A DNA stretch of 45,687 nucleotides from Gammaproteobacteria bacterium. Its GTDB lineage: Bacteria; Pseudomonadota; Gammaproteobacteria; Steroidobacterales; XN24. The number at the start of each line of letters is the position of its first letter. Positions within the stretch are counted from its first letter, which is position 1. The notes under the pieces were generated by a model. It saw only the letters and a program-made list of their open reading frames with translations, searched no databases and was not told the origin of the DNA. The stretch is from contig JASFJM010000001.1 of the NCBI GenBank assembly GCA_050122055.1, positions 1 to 45,687 of the forward strand. The letters run 5' to 3'. Shown in pieces: positions 31,176 through 39,971 of the stretch. The translations under genes and the position numbers were made by a program.

Positions 31176-31655
31176 TCACTCCGGGCTTTGCAGGCTGCGC
31201 CCGCAACCGTTGAGATGCCGCTCGCCCAGCGTGAGTCTGACCGTGGTCGGAAACGACTCGCCACTCATGTCGTCCCGGCAGGGTTCGTCGAAGAGGACCA
31301 CCTCGAATGCGTCCGGCGAGTCCGGCTGGCGGAACAGGCGACCACCGCTGGCCTCGTCGATTTCCGGCTGTGGCGAGACGATCTCGTAGCGCCGGGTACC
31401 GTAGTCCGCCATCAGCACAAGCGAGTCCCCTTCACGGATCTCGAGTAACCAGCCGGGTTCGTTGCCGGTGGCACGGAAATCCACCCCTTCGCGGGCGGCC
31501 TGTTCCCAGACGTCAGCAGCAGATCCCGGCGGTCGCCCGGGGGCCAGGTCGCCTCCGGTCCCGTCCCGGTCACAGGCGCTGCCGAGGAAGACCAGGAACA
31601 GCGCGGCCGGCAGCCATCGCCGCCTGTCGCAGACCGCGTCGCACGCCTCAGGCAT
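31176..31655 (-). CDS. lipoprotein (hypothetical; C-terminal C-x-D-x-MSG...GCG motif)
   Basis: ATG 31655 gives MPEACDAVCDRRRWLPAALFLVFLGSAC (lipobox LGSAC). The C-terminus reads EPCRDDMSGESFPTTVRLTLGERHLNGCG. The start overlaps the stop of the upstream gene by 8 nt. Confidence 0.65.
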   Translation of the reverse strand: MPEACDAVCDRRRWLPAALFLVFLGSACDRDGTGGDLAPGRPPGSAADVWEQAAREGVDFRATGNEPGWLLEIREGDSLVLMADYGTRRYEIVSPQPEIDEASGGRLFRQPDSPDAFEVVLFDEPCRDDMSGESFPTTVRLTLGERHLNGCGRSLQSPE

Positions 31656-32250
31656 GGCGCCAGTCGTCTTCGTCCCCGCCCACCGGGGCGGCACCCAGCC
31701 GCTCGCCCCCGGTTTCCACGCCGAGGCCGAGTACGGTGCGGTTGGCGTAACCGAAATAAGCGACGATCTGGTTGATCTCCAGGATCTCGCCGTCGTCCCA
31801 GCCGGCAGCGCGCAGGTCATCGATGTCCAGCGCATCCAGCGCCGAAGGATTGACGGTCAGGGCTCGTGCATAGGCGAGGGCTGCCCGCTGCCCGGAATCG
31901 AAGGCATCGCCCCAGCTGCCGCTGATGAGCGCTGCCGCAACCACATCGGACCGCGCGTCGTCGTCGATCAATCGCCGCATCCCGGCGGTATGGTGGGCGA
32001 CGCAATACTCACACTTGTTCAGCTGGCTGACCAACACACCGAGGGCTTCGCGGAACCATGGGTCAAGAGAGTTGGCCGGATGGTGCAGCACCGATTTGTA
32101 CAGACCCATGTGTCCGGTAAGAGTGTGGGGACGAAGACTGTGCGCCTGCAGGATGTTGTCCACCGCGCCATCCGGGCCACGCACGCGCTGGTACAGTTCC
32201 GCCAGTGGCCCATGGGCGTGCTCGGGTGCTGTCCTATCGATCCAGGTCAC
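31648..32250 (-). CDS. carboxymuconolactone decarboxylase (AhpD-like) family, peroxidase-related protein
   Basis: The motif LNKCEYCVAHH and the alpha-helical CMD pattern support the call. 200 aa. Confidence 0.85.
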   Translation of the reverse strand: MTWIDRTAPEHAHGPLAELYQRVRGPDGAVDNILQAHSLRPHTLTGHMGLYKSVLHHPANSLDPWFREALGVLVSQLNKCEYCVAHHTAGMRRLIDDDARSDVVAAALISGSWGDAFDSGQRAALAYARALTVNPSALDALDIDDLRAAGWDDGEILEINQIVAYFGYANRTVLGLGVETGGERLGAAPVGGDEDDWRHA

Positions 32251-32373
32251 TGTTATGCACTCCAGTCAGTCTCTTGTCCGTCCAATCCGACGGCTATGTT
32301 GCACGCGGGGCCCGGGCATCACTCCGTGCCCGCCCCCTCGCGCATCATGATCGCGCCCAGGCAGAGAGGGCAC

Positions 32374-32407
32374 AAAAAACGCCGGGGACATGAGTGTCAC
32401 CCGGCGC
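32374..32407 (-). terminator. rho-independent terminator of the RRM gene
   Basis: On the minus strand, CGCCGGGTG-acactcatgt-CCCCGGCG is followed by TTTTTTG, about 45 nt downstream of the stop at 32453. Confidence 0.7.
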
Positions 32408-32452
32408 GCAATTCGTGACCGTGGGCAACCGCCTCGGCACATGTCATTAGAG

Positions 32453-32719
32453 TTATCTGGGCCCCCGGAAGCTGTCGGTCCGCGGACGGGCCTCGTTGAC
32501 CCGGACCTGGCGTCCTCCGATCTCGTTTCCGTTGAGGGCCTCGATGGCTTTGTTGGCTTCATCCGAGTTCGCCATCTCTACAAAGCCGAAGCCTTTCGAT
32601 CGATGGGTCTCGCGGTCGATGATCACTTTAGCGGACTGGACTGAGCCGAACTCCTGGAACATGGCCTCGAGGTCTGCATCCGTGGTGCTGTATGGCAGAT
32701 TGCCGACGTAGATATTCAT
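32453..32719 (-). CDS. RNA-binding protein, single RRM (RNP-1/RNP-2)
   Basis: It reads MNIYVGNLPYSTTDADLEAMFQEFGSVQSAKVIIDRETHRSKGFGFVEM, with RNP-2 IYVGNL and RNP-1 KGFGFVEM. The start is at ATG 32719. Confidence 0.92.
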   Translation of the reverse strand: MNIYVGNLPYSTTDADLEAMFQEFGSVQSAKVIIDRETHRSKGFGFVEMANSDEANKAIEALNGNEIGGRQVRVNEARPRTDSFRGPR

Positions 32720-32732
32720 TAGACGTAGATCC

Positions 32733-32774
32733 GGCGCCATCGTGAATCGACAACGACCGTGCATTCACGGCGCC
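32733..32774 (-). promoter_or_regulatory. 5'-leader hairpin abutting the RRM start codon
   Basis: GGCGC(32733-37)+CGTGAAT(32741-47) pairs with ATTCACG(32763-69)+GCGCC(32770-74). That is 12 bp with a 3-nt bulge and a 15-nt loop. The hairpin ends 13 nt from the ATG, and no obvious SD is present. Confidence 0.5.
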
Positions 32775-32912
32775 CAAAAAAATGAACGCACGATTCGTCG
32801 GGGAGGCTGCGACCGGCACTCCGATCATCCAATACCCCCCCTTGCGACGGCAGAGTTTACCGAATCCGGGGGCTCCGTTACGAGAAAATTTTTTGCGATT
32901 CAGCCGAGGCAT

Positions 32913-32938
32913 GCATATTGCGCTGCAGCGGAATATGC
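32913..32938. promoter_or_regulatory. 26-nt near-perfect palindrome (candidate operator)
   Basis: GCATATTGCGCTG/CAGCGGAATATGC is self-complementary at 12 of 13 positions. It lies in the 288-nt gap between the MOSC gene and the RRM gene. Confidence 0.4.
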
Positions 32939-33007
32939 CATCGCTATCGCGAAGATATTGCTGTCCTTACGACTGCACCCTGCCAGCGGTGGCCGGCGAC
33001 GCGGCAG

Positions 33008-33496
33008 TCATGCGGTGTCTCCGGCAGGGTCGAAAAGCTCGCCGGCCGAAAGCACTCCACCCTCGAGGACGCGCGCGCGCAGCCCGGCCCTGTGCGCAAG
33101 CTTTGCCACGAATTCCGCGCGGGTGAGAGTTCCCAGACGGCTCTGCTTGTGGAGCAGGTCGGCGAGATACGCGCAGGGCTCGCAGAGTTCCATCCCGCGC
33201 AGCCGGATATCCCCGAGCCGGAACTCCTTGCCGACCAGCCCGTTGAGGCGGATGCCGCGGGTGACGAGGTTGCGCCGGCATTCCTCCGGACTCAGGTCCA
33301 GTCCCGCGTCCCGGTTGAGCCGCTCGATCTCCTCGTATTCGATCAGCGTCAGTTCCCGCCTCGGCTCCATGTCCGGCCGGAAGTAGTGCCGGTCAGAGAC
33401 GATGCCCCGGCCGACGGTGAGTTCGGCGGTCGTCAAACTCGTGAGCGGGCCGCCCGATTTTTCGGCAACGTAGATCGAAACGACCCGGCCGTTCAT
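33008..33496 (-). CDS. MOSC domain-containing protein
   Basis: The beta-barrel MOSC pattern includes RHYFRP...LTLIEYEEIERL...RRNLVTRGIRLNGLVGKEFRLGDIRLRGMELCEPCAYL (conserved Cys). Confidence 0.85.
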   Translation of the reverse strand: MNGRVVSIYVAEKSGGPLTSLTTAELTVGRGIVSDRHYFRPDMEPRRELTLIEYEEIERLNRDAGLDLSPEECRRNLVTRGIRLNGLVGKEFRLGDIRLRGMELCEPCAYLADLLHKQSRLGTLTRAEFVAKLAHRAGLRARVLEGGVLSAGELFDPAGDTA

Positions 33497-33891
33497 GTCT
33501 CGCCTCCGGGCGGAGTGGCTTTTCGCTCCGGGTCAGGCCTCACGGCGTGCGGCTGGTCGAGCCCGTAGATGCGGCCGAGAGATCGGGTCTGGAACAGCAG
33601 CGCCGAGATCAGCGTGATCATCGCGACCGTCCCCAGGATCAGGAGCATGCGCTGATAGGGCGCGCCTGCGTGCATCCGCTCTGCCGTCAGGATCATCGTG
33701 GTCCGCAGCCACTCGATCGCGCCAAGCGCCAGGCCGGCCTGGACCAGCCGGGCTGCCCAGGGCCTGCGGATGGCCAGAGTGGGGATCAGCAGCGTGGCCG
33801 CGGCCAGCAGCACCGGATCCCCGGATCGGAAAAAGTGCGCGCCGAGCACGAGCAGGCTCAACACGATCGGGACGTAGATGATGACGGTCAC
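33493..33891 (-). CDS. membrane protein (hypothetical), start uncertain
   Basis: It has four predicted TM helices. The GTG at 33891 avoids the overlap with the upstream gene that the track start (33969) would create. The stop overlaps the MOSC start (ATGA-type, 4 nt). Confidence 0.5.
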   Translation of the reverse strand: MTVIIYVPIVLSLLVLGAHFFRSGDPVLLAAATLLIPTLAIRRPWAARLVQAGLALGAIEWLRTTMILTAERMHAGAPYQRMLLILGTVAMITLISALLFQTRSLGRIYGLDQPHAVRPDPERKATPPGGET

Positions 33892-33904
33892 GAGGCGTTC
33901 AGGG

Positions 33905-34327
33905 TTACTGCTGCGCAGGGTAATACCAGGCGCGCACGACGCGGCCATCGGCCGTTTCATAAACGGCAACGGAGGTAGCGGACCGGGTCTTGCCGTCCTG
34001 TTTCCAGAACGCCCGCTCCCGGACCGATACGAACGGTCCGGAGACGAAAGACTGCTCCAGCACCGACCGGGCGTTGGGATGCTCCTTGAAATAGACCGCC
34101 AGCCGATTGATCAGCTCGGCGCGGTTGCGGGCTTCGGCCACGACATTGTCGTCCTTTACCGCCAGCCAGCTGACGTCCTCGGCCAGCAGCTTGACCAACT
34201 CGTCCAGGTCTTGGCTGTTGTAGGCCCGCACGAAGCTCTGCACGACGACCATGGGCGCGACCGGCTCGTCCGCGTTCACCACGCAAGGGAGCAGGGCGAG
34301 GATAAAGAGGCAGACTTTTCGCAGCAC
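33905..34327 (-). CDS. secreted NTF2/SnoaL-like fold protein
   Basis: The GTG at 34327 has a GGAGA SD and gives the signal peptide LRKVCLFILALLPCVVNA. The mature part reads VVQSFVRAYNSQDLDELVKLLAEDVSW..., an NTF2-like pattern. Confidence 0.65.
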   Translation of the reverse strand: MLRKVCLFILALLPCVVNADEPVAPMVVVQSFVRAYNSQDLDELVKLLAEDVSWLAVKDDNVVAEARNRAELINRLAVYFKEHPNARSVLEQSFVSGPFVSVRERAFWKQDGKTRSATSVAVYETADGRVVRAWYYPAQQ

Positions 34328-34508
34328 GATGGGTCTCCGTTGGAACCCGCAGGGCCGGACGGATATTGCGCCAGATCCCGCGGCGCGATCGCCTGGGCGG
34401 CCCGGGGCTCGACGAGGCCGGTGAGGCCATGTCATCCGGGGTCTTGCCCCGGCGTCCTGACCAGAGTCTACCGCTTAGCTCATTGCAGCGGTATGGCCGG
34501 AATCCCGC

Positions 34509-34892
34509 CTAGAGCCAGGCCAGCACCGGGCCGATCAGGCTCCCTGCCAGCAACACCAGGAGCGGCAGCATGCCCATCAGGAAACCGGTCCTTCTCAGTG
34601 AGGGCTCCCTGACGTAACCGCGGAAGAAGACGAAGCGCCCGGCGATAAACACCAGCCCCAGCACCGCGGCTGCTGTCGCGCTGATGTAATAGGCGAAAAT
34701 CCACAACGCCGGCAGGAACAGGATCAGCTGTTCCATCGTGTTTTGATGCACGCGGTAATAGCGTTCGAAGACGGGGTCTCCCGAAGTCGCCGGTGCCTTC
34801 ACTCCAGTCCGCATCCGGGCGCGGCCCACGAGGATGGCGAACCAGAGGAACTGGATCAGGGCGAGCGCGGTGACCAGGGCGACGGGTTCCAT
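34509..34892 (-). CDS. MAPEG family membrane protein (microsomal GST-like)
   Basis: Four TM helices are predicted. The conserved region reads FERYYRVHQNTMEQLILFLPALW...FFRGY. Confidence 0.82.
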   Translation of the reverse strand: MEPVALVTALALIQFLWFAILVGRARMRTGVKAPATSGDPVFERYYRVHQNTMEQLILFLPALWIFAYYISATAAAVLGLVFIAGRFVFFRGYVREPSLRRTGFLMGMLPLLVLLAGSLIGPVLAWL

Positions 34893-34915
34893 TTTCGAAT
34901 CTCCGGGGGTGGACG

Positions 34916-34940
34916 AAAAATCCGGTCGGCGATCCGGACC
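34916..34940 (-). terminator. probable terminator of slyD
   Basis: On the minus strand, GGTCCGGATCGCCGACCGGA (5-6 bp stem) is followed by TTTTT, about 40 nt after the slyD stop. Confidence 0.45.
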
Positions 34941-34979
34941 GATGCCGGCAGGCCGCCGTACGGTTGCCGCGGGCGCCGC

Positions 34980-35444
34980 TCAGTGAGCGTGGCCGTGTTC
35001 GATCTCTTCGGCGGAAGCCTCGCGCACTTCCTCCACGGTCACGTCGAAGTGCAGCACCTGGCCGGCCAGCGGATGATTGGCATTGATGGTGACGCCCTCG
35101 TCGGTCACGTCCTGGACGGTGATCAACTGGACCTGGCCATCGGGGCTCTGGGCCTGAAACTGCACGCCGGGTTTGACGTTCTCCGGGCTGTCGAAGGCGC
35201 TGATGGGCACCGTCTGTACCAGGTCGGGATTGATGTCGCCGTAGGCGTCGGCCGGCTGTACCGTCACCTTGAGGCTGTCGCCGGCCACCTGACCGGTCAG
35301 CGCCGATTCCAGACCGGGGATGAGGCTGTTGGTACCGTGCAGATAGGACAGCGGATCCCGCCCGGCAGAGGAATCCACCTCCTCCCCGGCTTCGTTGGTC
35401 AGACGGTAGTGGATTGAAACGACACGGTTTTCCTGAATTTTCAC
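34980..35444 (-). CDS. slyD: FKBP-type peptidyl-prolyl cis-trans isomerase SlyD
   Basis: The GTG at 35444 has an AGGAG SD. It reads VKIQENRVVSIHYRLTNEAGEEVDSS...HPLAGQVLHFDVTVEEVREA. The His-containing tail is short (EHGHAH). Confidence 0.92.
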   Translation of the reverse strand: MKIQENRVVSIHYRLTNEAGEEVDSSAGRDPLSYLHGTNSLIPGLESALTGQVAGDSLKVTVQPADAYGDINPDLVQTVPISAFDSPENVKPGVQFQAQSPDGQVQLITVQDVTDEGVTINANHPLAGQVLHFDVTVEEVREASAEEIEHGHAH

Positions 35445-35660
35445 TGAGCACTCCTGAGTGACTGAGAAACCGGCGCGTGGGCCGGAAGTTGCTCCCACCT
35501 ACCAGCAGGCAGCTCAGGCTCCCGGAGGTCCTGATCCATCAGATGGCAAAGACAGCACGCTCCATTCTAGGGCATATCGGCCCGCCAGGCCCGCCCGGCG
35601 GGCCAGGACACGGCCGGAAACAGGGGATGCCATGAGCCATCGCGGGACGCCGGTTCCCGG

Positions 35661-35852
35661 CTAGGGCTCGTATTCGGGCAGGGCCTTGCCACCCTTGATG
35701 TGATGGACGCCGGGCTCCTCCCGGATCAGTACATAGATGTACTCCACCGGCGCGCCGATCGTCTCGTGGACGACCCGGGTGATGCCCTCGGCGAGGGCCT
35801 GTTTCTGCTGCGGGCTGCGCCCGGCGCGGATATCGCACTGGATAACGGGCAT
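35661..35852 (-). CDS. 4-oxalocrotonate tautomerase family protein
   Basis: MPVIQCDIRAGRSPQQKQALAEGITRVVHETIGAPVEYIYVLIREEP has the catalytic Pro1 after Met. 63 aa, with a GAGGAGG SD. Confidence 0.85.
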   Translation of the reverse strand: MPVIQCDIRAGRSPQQKQALAEGITRVVHETIGAPVEYIYVLIREEPGVHHIKGGKALPEYEP

Positions 35853-35931
35853 GAGAACCTCCTCGGACAGGTTGACGACACGGTTGCCAGGTACCCCCGG
35901 CAAATCGGGCTACCGGGCGGCTTGCATTATT

Positions 35932-35950
35932 AATACGAATGATTATCATT
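35932..35950. promoter_or_regulatory. Fur-box-like operator, copy A
   Basis: AATACGAATGATTATCATT contains the perfect 6-1-6 palindrome AATGAT-T-ATCATT. The 19-mer at 35935-35953 matches the Fur consensus GATAATGATAATCATTATC at 14/19. It overlaps a possible TTGCAT-N16-TATCAT promoter. Confidence 0.5.
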
Positions 35951-36027
35951 AACGATAAGTCCTCACATGACATGCCGCCCGGAACCCGCCACGGGCATCC
36001 CGGGGGCGACAACAAGGGAGAGGCCTT

Positions 36028-36279
36028 ATGGGTTATCACATATACGCCTGGCTGGACGAAGGTCAACCAAAGCTCCGGATCATCGATGCCGGATCCGACT
36101 CGGTATGCCTGGACTGGAGCTACCAGGGCGGCCAGGTCCAGGACCCGAACGCGAAAAAAGAGATCCAGCGCCTGTTCCGGGACCTGTTGTTGCTGACCTG
36201 CCGCCAGAGTCTGAGCCCGGAGCGGGGGACTTCCCTTTCCCTCGGGCCCGCGGACTCGCCGGCACCCGTGCCCGCATAG
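36028..36279 (+). CDS. hypothetical 83-aa protein downstream of Fur-box-like site
   Basis: The ATG is preceded by GGGAGAGG at 6 nt. Third-position bias is GC-rich like neighbouring genes. I recognise no family. Confidence 0.45.
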   Translation: MGYHIYAWLDEGQPKLRIIDAGSDSVCLDWSYQGGQVQDPNAKKEIQRLFRDLLLLTCRQSLSPERGTSLSLGPADSPAPVPA

Positions 36280-36282
36280 GCA

Positions 36283-37626
36283 TCAGGCCGGGATAGCCGC
36301 GTTCAGCCCGGTGCCCTTGCGCCGGTAGACATAGCCCATGGTGACCGCCCGGGCGGCCATGAATACCAGAAACGCAAACCACAGGCCGTGATTGCCCAGG
36401 CCTGCCGCCTGGCTGAGATAGAAGACCGGCAGGAATACCCCGAGCACGGACAGCACCATGGTGTTTCGCATCTCCCGGGCCCAGGTGGCGCCGACGAAGA
36501 CGCCGTCGAACAGGAAGCTCCAGAACGAGATCAGCGGCGACGCGATGATCCACGGCAGAAACTGGAACGTAAGCTCCCTGAGTGCTGCCTGGCCGGTCAG
36601 CAAGCCGACGATGCCCCGGCCACCGGCCAGATAGGCTACGGTGAAGACCAGCGCCACCGCGGCCGACCAGATCAGCGACAGCCGCACGGCTTCCCGGAAG
36701 CCGCGCCGGTTACGCTCCCCCAGGGCCCGGCCCACCAGCGCCTCCGCGGCATGGGCGAACCCGTCCAGGGCATAGGCCATGAAATACTGGAACTGGAGCA
36801 GGATGGCGTTGGCCGCCAGGATGGCCGTACCCTGGCGAGCACCTTGTGCGGTGATGAACCCGAACACGAACATTAGCGACAGGGTGCGGATGAACAGGTT
36901 GCCGTTGACCGAGAACACCTGCCGCAGCCGCGCCGGATCCAGCACCTGTCCGCGCTCGAACCGACCACCCACGATGGCCAGTTCGCGCCGCACCAGCCAG
37001 ACGCCGAAACCGAGACCGGTGAACTCGGCGACGACGCTGGCGGCGGCCACGCCGCCGGTGCGATAGCCCAGGCCCACCACCAGTAACAGCGACAGACCGA
37101 TATTGACCAGGTTGGTCACCAGCATCAGATACAGGGGCGCGCGGGTGTTCTGCATGCCGATAAACCAGCCGACCAGGGCGAAATTGGCCAGGGCCGCCGG
37201 CGCCGCCCAGATCCGCACCGAAAAGTAAGTCCAGGCCGGCTCGAGCACCGGCGTCTCCGGAGCGATCAGCCACATGGCCAGATGCCCCACAGGACGCTGG
37301 ACGGCGATCAGCAGACCCGCCACCGACACGGCGATCAGGAGCGCCTGAGCCAGCACGGCCCGGGTCCGGTCTCCATCGCCGGCACCTCTTGCCTGGGCCG
37401 CCAGTCCGGTGGTGCCCATACGCAGAAAGTTGAGGCCCATGAACAGGAAACTGAAGATGGTGGCACCCACCGCTACCGCCGCCAGATATCGGGCATCGTC
37501 CAGATGTCCCATGACGGCCGTATCCACCAGACCCAGCAGGGGCACGGTGACATTGGAAAGGATCATCGGCGCGGCCAGGGCGCGCACGTTGCGGTGGCTG
37601 TACGGGCTCGTCGCGGCCGGATTCAC
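36283..37626 (-). CDS. MATE family efflux transporter (DinF-like)
   Basis: A GTG start. It reads NVRALAAPMILSNVTVPLLGLVDTAVMGHL and has the 12-TM MATE pattern. Confidence 0.9.
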   Translation of the reverse strand: MNPAATSPYSHRNVRALAAPMILSNVTVPLLGLVDTAVMGHLDDARYLAAVAVGATIFSFLFMGLNFLRMGTTGLAAQARGAGDGDRTRAVLAQALLIAVSVAGLLIAVQRPVGHLAMWLIAPETPVLEPAWTYFSVRIWAAPAALANFALVGWFIGMQNTRAPLYLMLVTNLVNIGLSLLLVVGLGYRTGGVAAASVVAEFTGLGFGVWLVRRELAIVGGRFERGQVLDPARLRQVFSVNGNLFIRTLSLMFVFGFITAQGARQGTAILAANAILLQFQYFMAYALDGFAHAAEALVGRALGERNRRGFREAVRLSLIWSAAVALVFTVAYLAGGRGIVGLLTGQAALRELTFQFLPWIIASPLISFWSFLFDGVFVGATWAREMRNTMVLSVLGVFLPVFYLSQAAGLGNHGLWFAFLVFMAARAVTMGYVYRRKGTGLNAAIPA

Positions 37627-37673
37627 GGCCGACTCACCGGTGCGGCCGGGGAACCATGACGGGTGTCGGAGGG

Positions 37674-39971
37674 CTAATCCTCCGGCTCCTCCGCAACATC
37701 GACCAGCGCTCGCGCCGCCTCGTAGATGTCGTCTTCCGAGGCCAATACCAGATTGGCCGCCGCGCCCAGCGGGATGTAGGAGTCTGCCCCGGTGACCCGA
37801 GCCTTGCGCACGCCGGGTTTTCCCTGTTCGTCGAGCACTGTAAAGATCTCCTCGGCGATGCCGCCGGTGCGGCGGCCTTCGTCCACCACCAGCACCCGGT
37901 CATAGCGTTCGGTCATGCCGGCGATGAAGTCCGCGTTGAGCGGTTTCAGCCAGCGCAGGTCCATCACGCAGCAACGCTGGCCGGTGCGGGTCGCGAGTCG
38001 CCGGGCCGCGCGCAGGGACATGGGCACGCCGTTGCCATAGGTGATGATCAGCAGATCACCGGCGTCGGGATGATAGAGCCGCGGCTCGCCCAGGGGCACG
38101 AAGCGATCGGGATGGGGGTACTCGAACAGCCACCGGCCGTCTTTCTCCTCGTACAGATCCTTGGCCATGTAAAGCGCGATCGGTTCCAGGAACGCCACCA
38201 CCCGCCCGTCGACCCGGGCCAGGGCCGCGCAGGTGCGCACCATCATGGCGGCATCATCGCCCCGGGATGGACAGGCGATCACCAGGCCGGGGATGTCCCG
38301 CAGCGCGGTGAAGGAATTGTCGTTGTGGAAATGCCCGCCGAAGCCTTTTTGATAACCCAGCGATGCGATACGCATCAGCATGGGGTTGGCGAATTGTCCG
38401 TTGGAAAAGAACTGCAGACTCGCCGCCTCGCCCCGGATCTGGTCGCAGGCGTTGTGGAAGTAGGCCAGATACTGGATCTCCGGGCAGGGTAAAAGACCCA
38501 TGTAAGCCTGACCCTGGGCCAACCCGAGGATGGTCGTCTCGTCGAGCAGCGTGTTGAACACCCGATTGCCCCGGAAACGCCTGGCCAGCCCGGAGGTGAC
38601 AGTGTAGACGCCGCCCTTGCGGGCCACGTCTTCGCCGAACACGGTCATCTCCGGGTACTTGATCATCAGGTCGTGGAGCGCGCGATTGAGCTGCAGCGAC
38701 AGATGCCGCGGCGGCTGCGTCTCGGGCAGCCGGTGCTCGCCACCGAAGGACTCGATCCGCGTGGCCGCTTCCACCGGACGTGCTGCTTCCCGGTTGACCG
38801 AATCGGGAGAGTAGGGCGCCAGCGGCACCATGACCTGTGCGCGGGTCGCGAGCTTCGGCCTCGAGGCCGCGCGGCCGGCCGCGAGCCGGGCCTGCTGGCG
38901 GCAGGTCTCATACAGTCCGCTCAGGGCCTGGGCGCTCATCAGGCCGGTCTCCAGCACAGTCTCGGCGCTCAACAGCAGGGGGTCACAGGCCTCGTTGGAC
39001 TCGACCTCCTGCAGGGTGAGGTAATCGGTCTCCACATCGGTGCCGGCATGACCCAGAAGGCGCTTCAGCTTGAGGTGCAGGAAAGTCGGCCGCCGGCTGC
39101 GGCGGCAGTGGTCGAGGGCGCGGCGGGTCACGTCGTAACACTCGACCAGGTCGAGGCCGTCTCCGCTGATATAGTCCAGACCGGGCCGGTGCGAAAAACT
39201 GGTCTCGATCCAGCCGGCCGGCGTCTTGACGGATATGCCGATACCGTTGTCTTCGCACACGAACAGGATCGGTACCGGCAGCCGCTGAGGGGCGGCCCAT
39301 TGGGCGGCATTGAACGCGCCGGTGGCGGCCGAATGGTTGGCGGAGGCGTCGCCAAAGTTGCAGAGGATGACCGCGTCCCGGGCGACCGGTGGAGTGAGGT
39401 CCATGCGCGCGGCCTGTTCCAGGGCCAGAGCCGTGCCTACGGCCTTGGGCAGGTGGCTGGCGATGGTCGAGGTCTGGGGCAGCACCCAGATATCCCGCCC
39501 GCCCCAGACCTTGTGCCGTCCGCCCGAGATGGGATCTTCGGCGCTGGCGGCCAGGGACAGGGCCGTATCGTAGAGTGGATCGGCGCCGTTCAATTTCGAG
39601 CCCCGGGCCATCATGAATGCGCCGCTCCGATAGTGCAGGAACGCCGGGTCGTCGATCCGGCTCAGGTATCCGAGGGCGGCGTTACCCTCGTGGCCGGAGC
39701 TGCCGATGGTGTAGAAGCCTTCGTTGCGGGCGCGCATCTCGCGAGCCACCAGGTCCATATGCCGGGACTGGATCTGGTAACGGAACAGCTCCAGGAACTC
39801 GCCGCCGGTGATGCCGTATCCGGGCCGCAGGGGCGATGCCGGATCCGGCGCCGGCGGTGCCGGCTGATCCCAGCCCTCGAGAAAATCCAGAAAGTTCTTG
39901 TCGACGACCTCGGCCCGGTTGATGGACCGGGCGCCGGGTTTGGCCAGGCCGGTTTCAGAACGCGTTGACAC
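37674..39971 (-). CDS. thiamine-diphosphate-dependent 2-oxoacid dehydrogenase E1 component, fused alpha+beta
   Basis: The N-terminal half has the E1-alpha pattern (GSSGHEGNAA...FGDASANHS...VCEDNGIGIS). The C-terminal half has E1-beta/transketolase pyrimidine and C-terminal domains (VFGEDVARKGGVY...RVFNTLLDE...). The GTG start overlaps the gcdH 3' end by 17 nt. Confidence 0.88.
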   Translation of the reverse strand: MSTRSETGLAKPGARSINRAEVVDKNFLDFLEGWDQPAPPAPDPASPLRPGYGITGGEFLELFRYQIQSRHMDLVAREMRARNEGFYTIGSSGHEGNAALGYLSRIDDPAFLHYRSGAFMMARGSKLNGADPLYDTALSLAASAEDPISGGRHKVWGGRDIWVLPQTSTIASHLPKAVGTALALEQAARMDLTPPVARDAVILCNFGDASANHSAATGAFNAAQWAAPQRLPVPILFVCEDNGIGISVKTPAGWIETSFSHRPGLDYISGDGLDLVECYDVTRRALDHCRRSRRPTFLHLKLKRLLGHAGTDVETDYLTLQEVESNEACDPLLLSAETVLETGLMSAQALSGLYETCRQQARLAAGRAASRPKLATRAQVMVPLAPYSPDSVNREAARPVEAATRIESFGGEHRLPETQPPRHLSLQLNRALHDLMIKYPEMTVFGEDVARKGGVYTVTSGLARRFRGNRVFNTLLDETTILGLAQGQAYMGLLPCPEIQYLAYFHNACDQIRGEAASLQFFSNGQFANPMLMRIASLGYQKGFGGHFHNDNSFTALRDIPGLVIACPSRGDDAAMMVRTCAALARVDGRVVAFLEPIALYMAKDLYEEKDGRWLFEYPHPDRFVPLGEPRLYHPDAGDLLIITYGNGVPMSLRAARRLATRTGQRCCVMDLRWLKPLNADFIAGMTERYDRVLVVDEGRRTGGIAEEIFTVLDEQGKPGVRKARVTGADSYIPLGAAANLVLASEDDIYEAARALVDVAEEPED

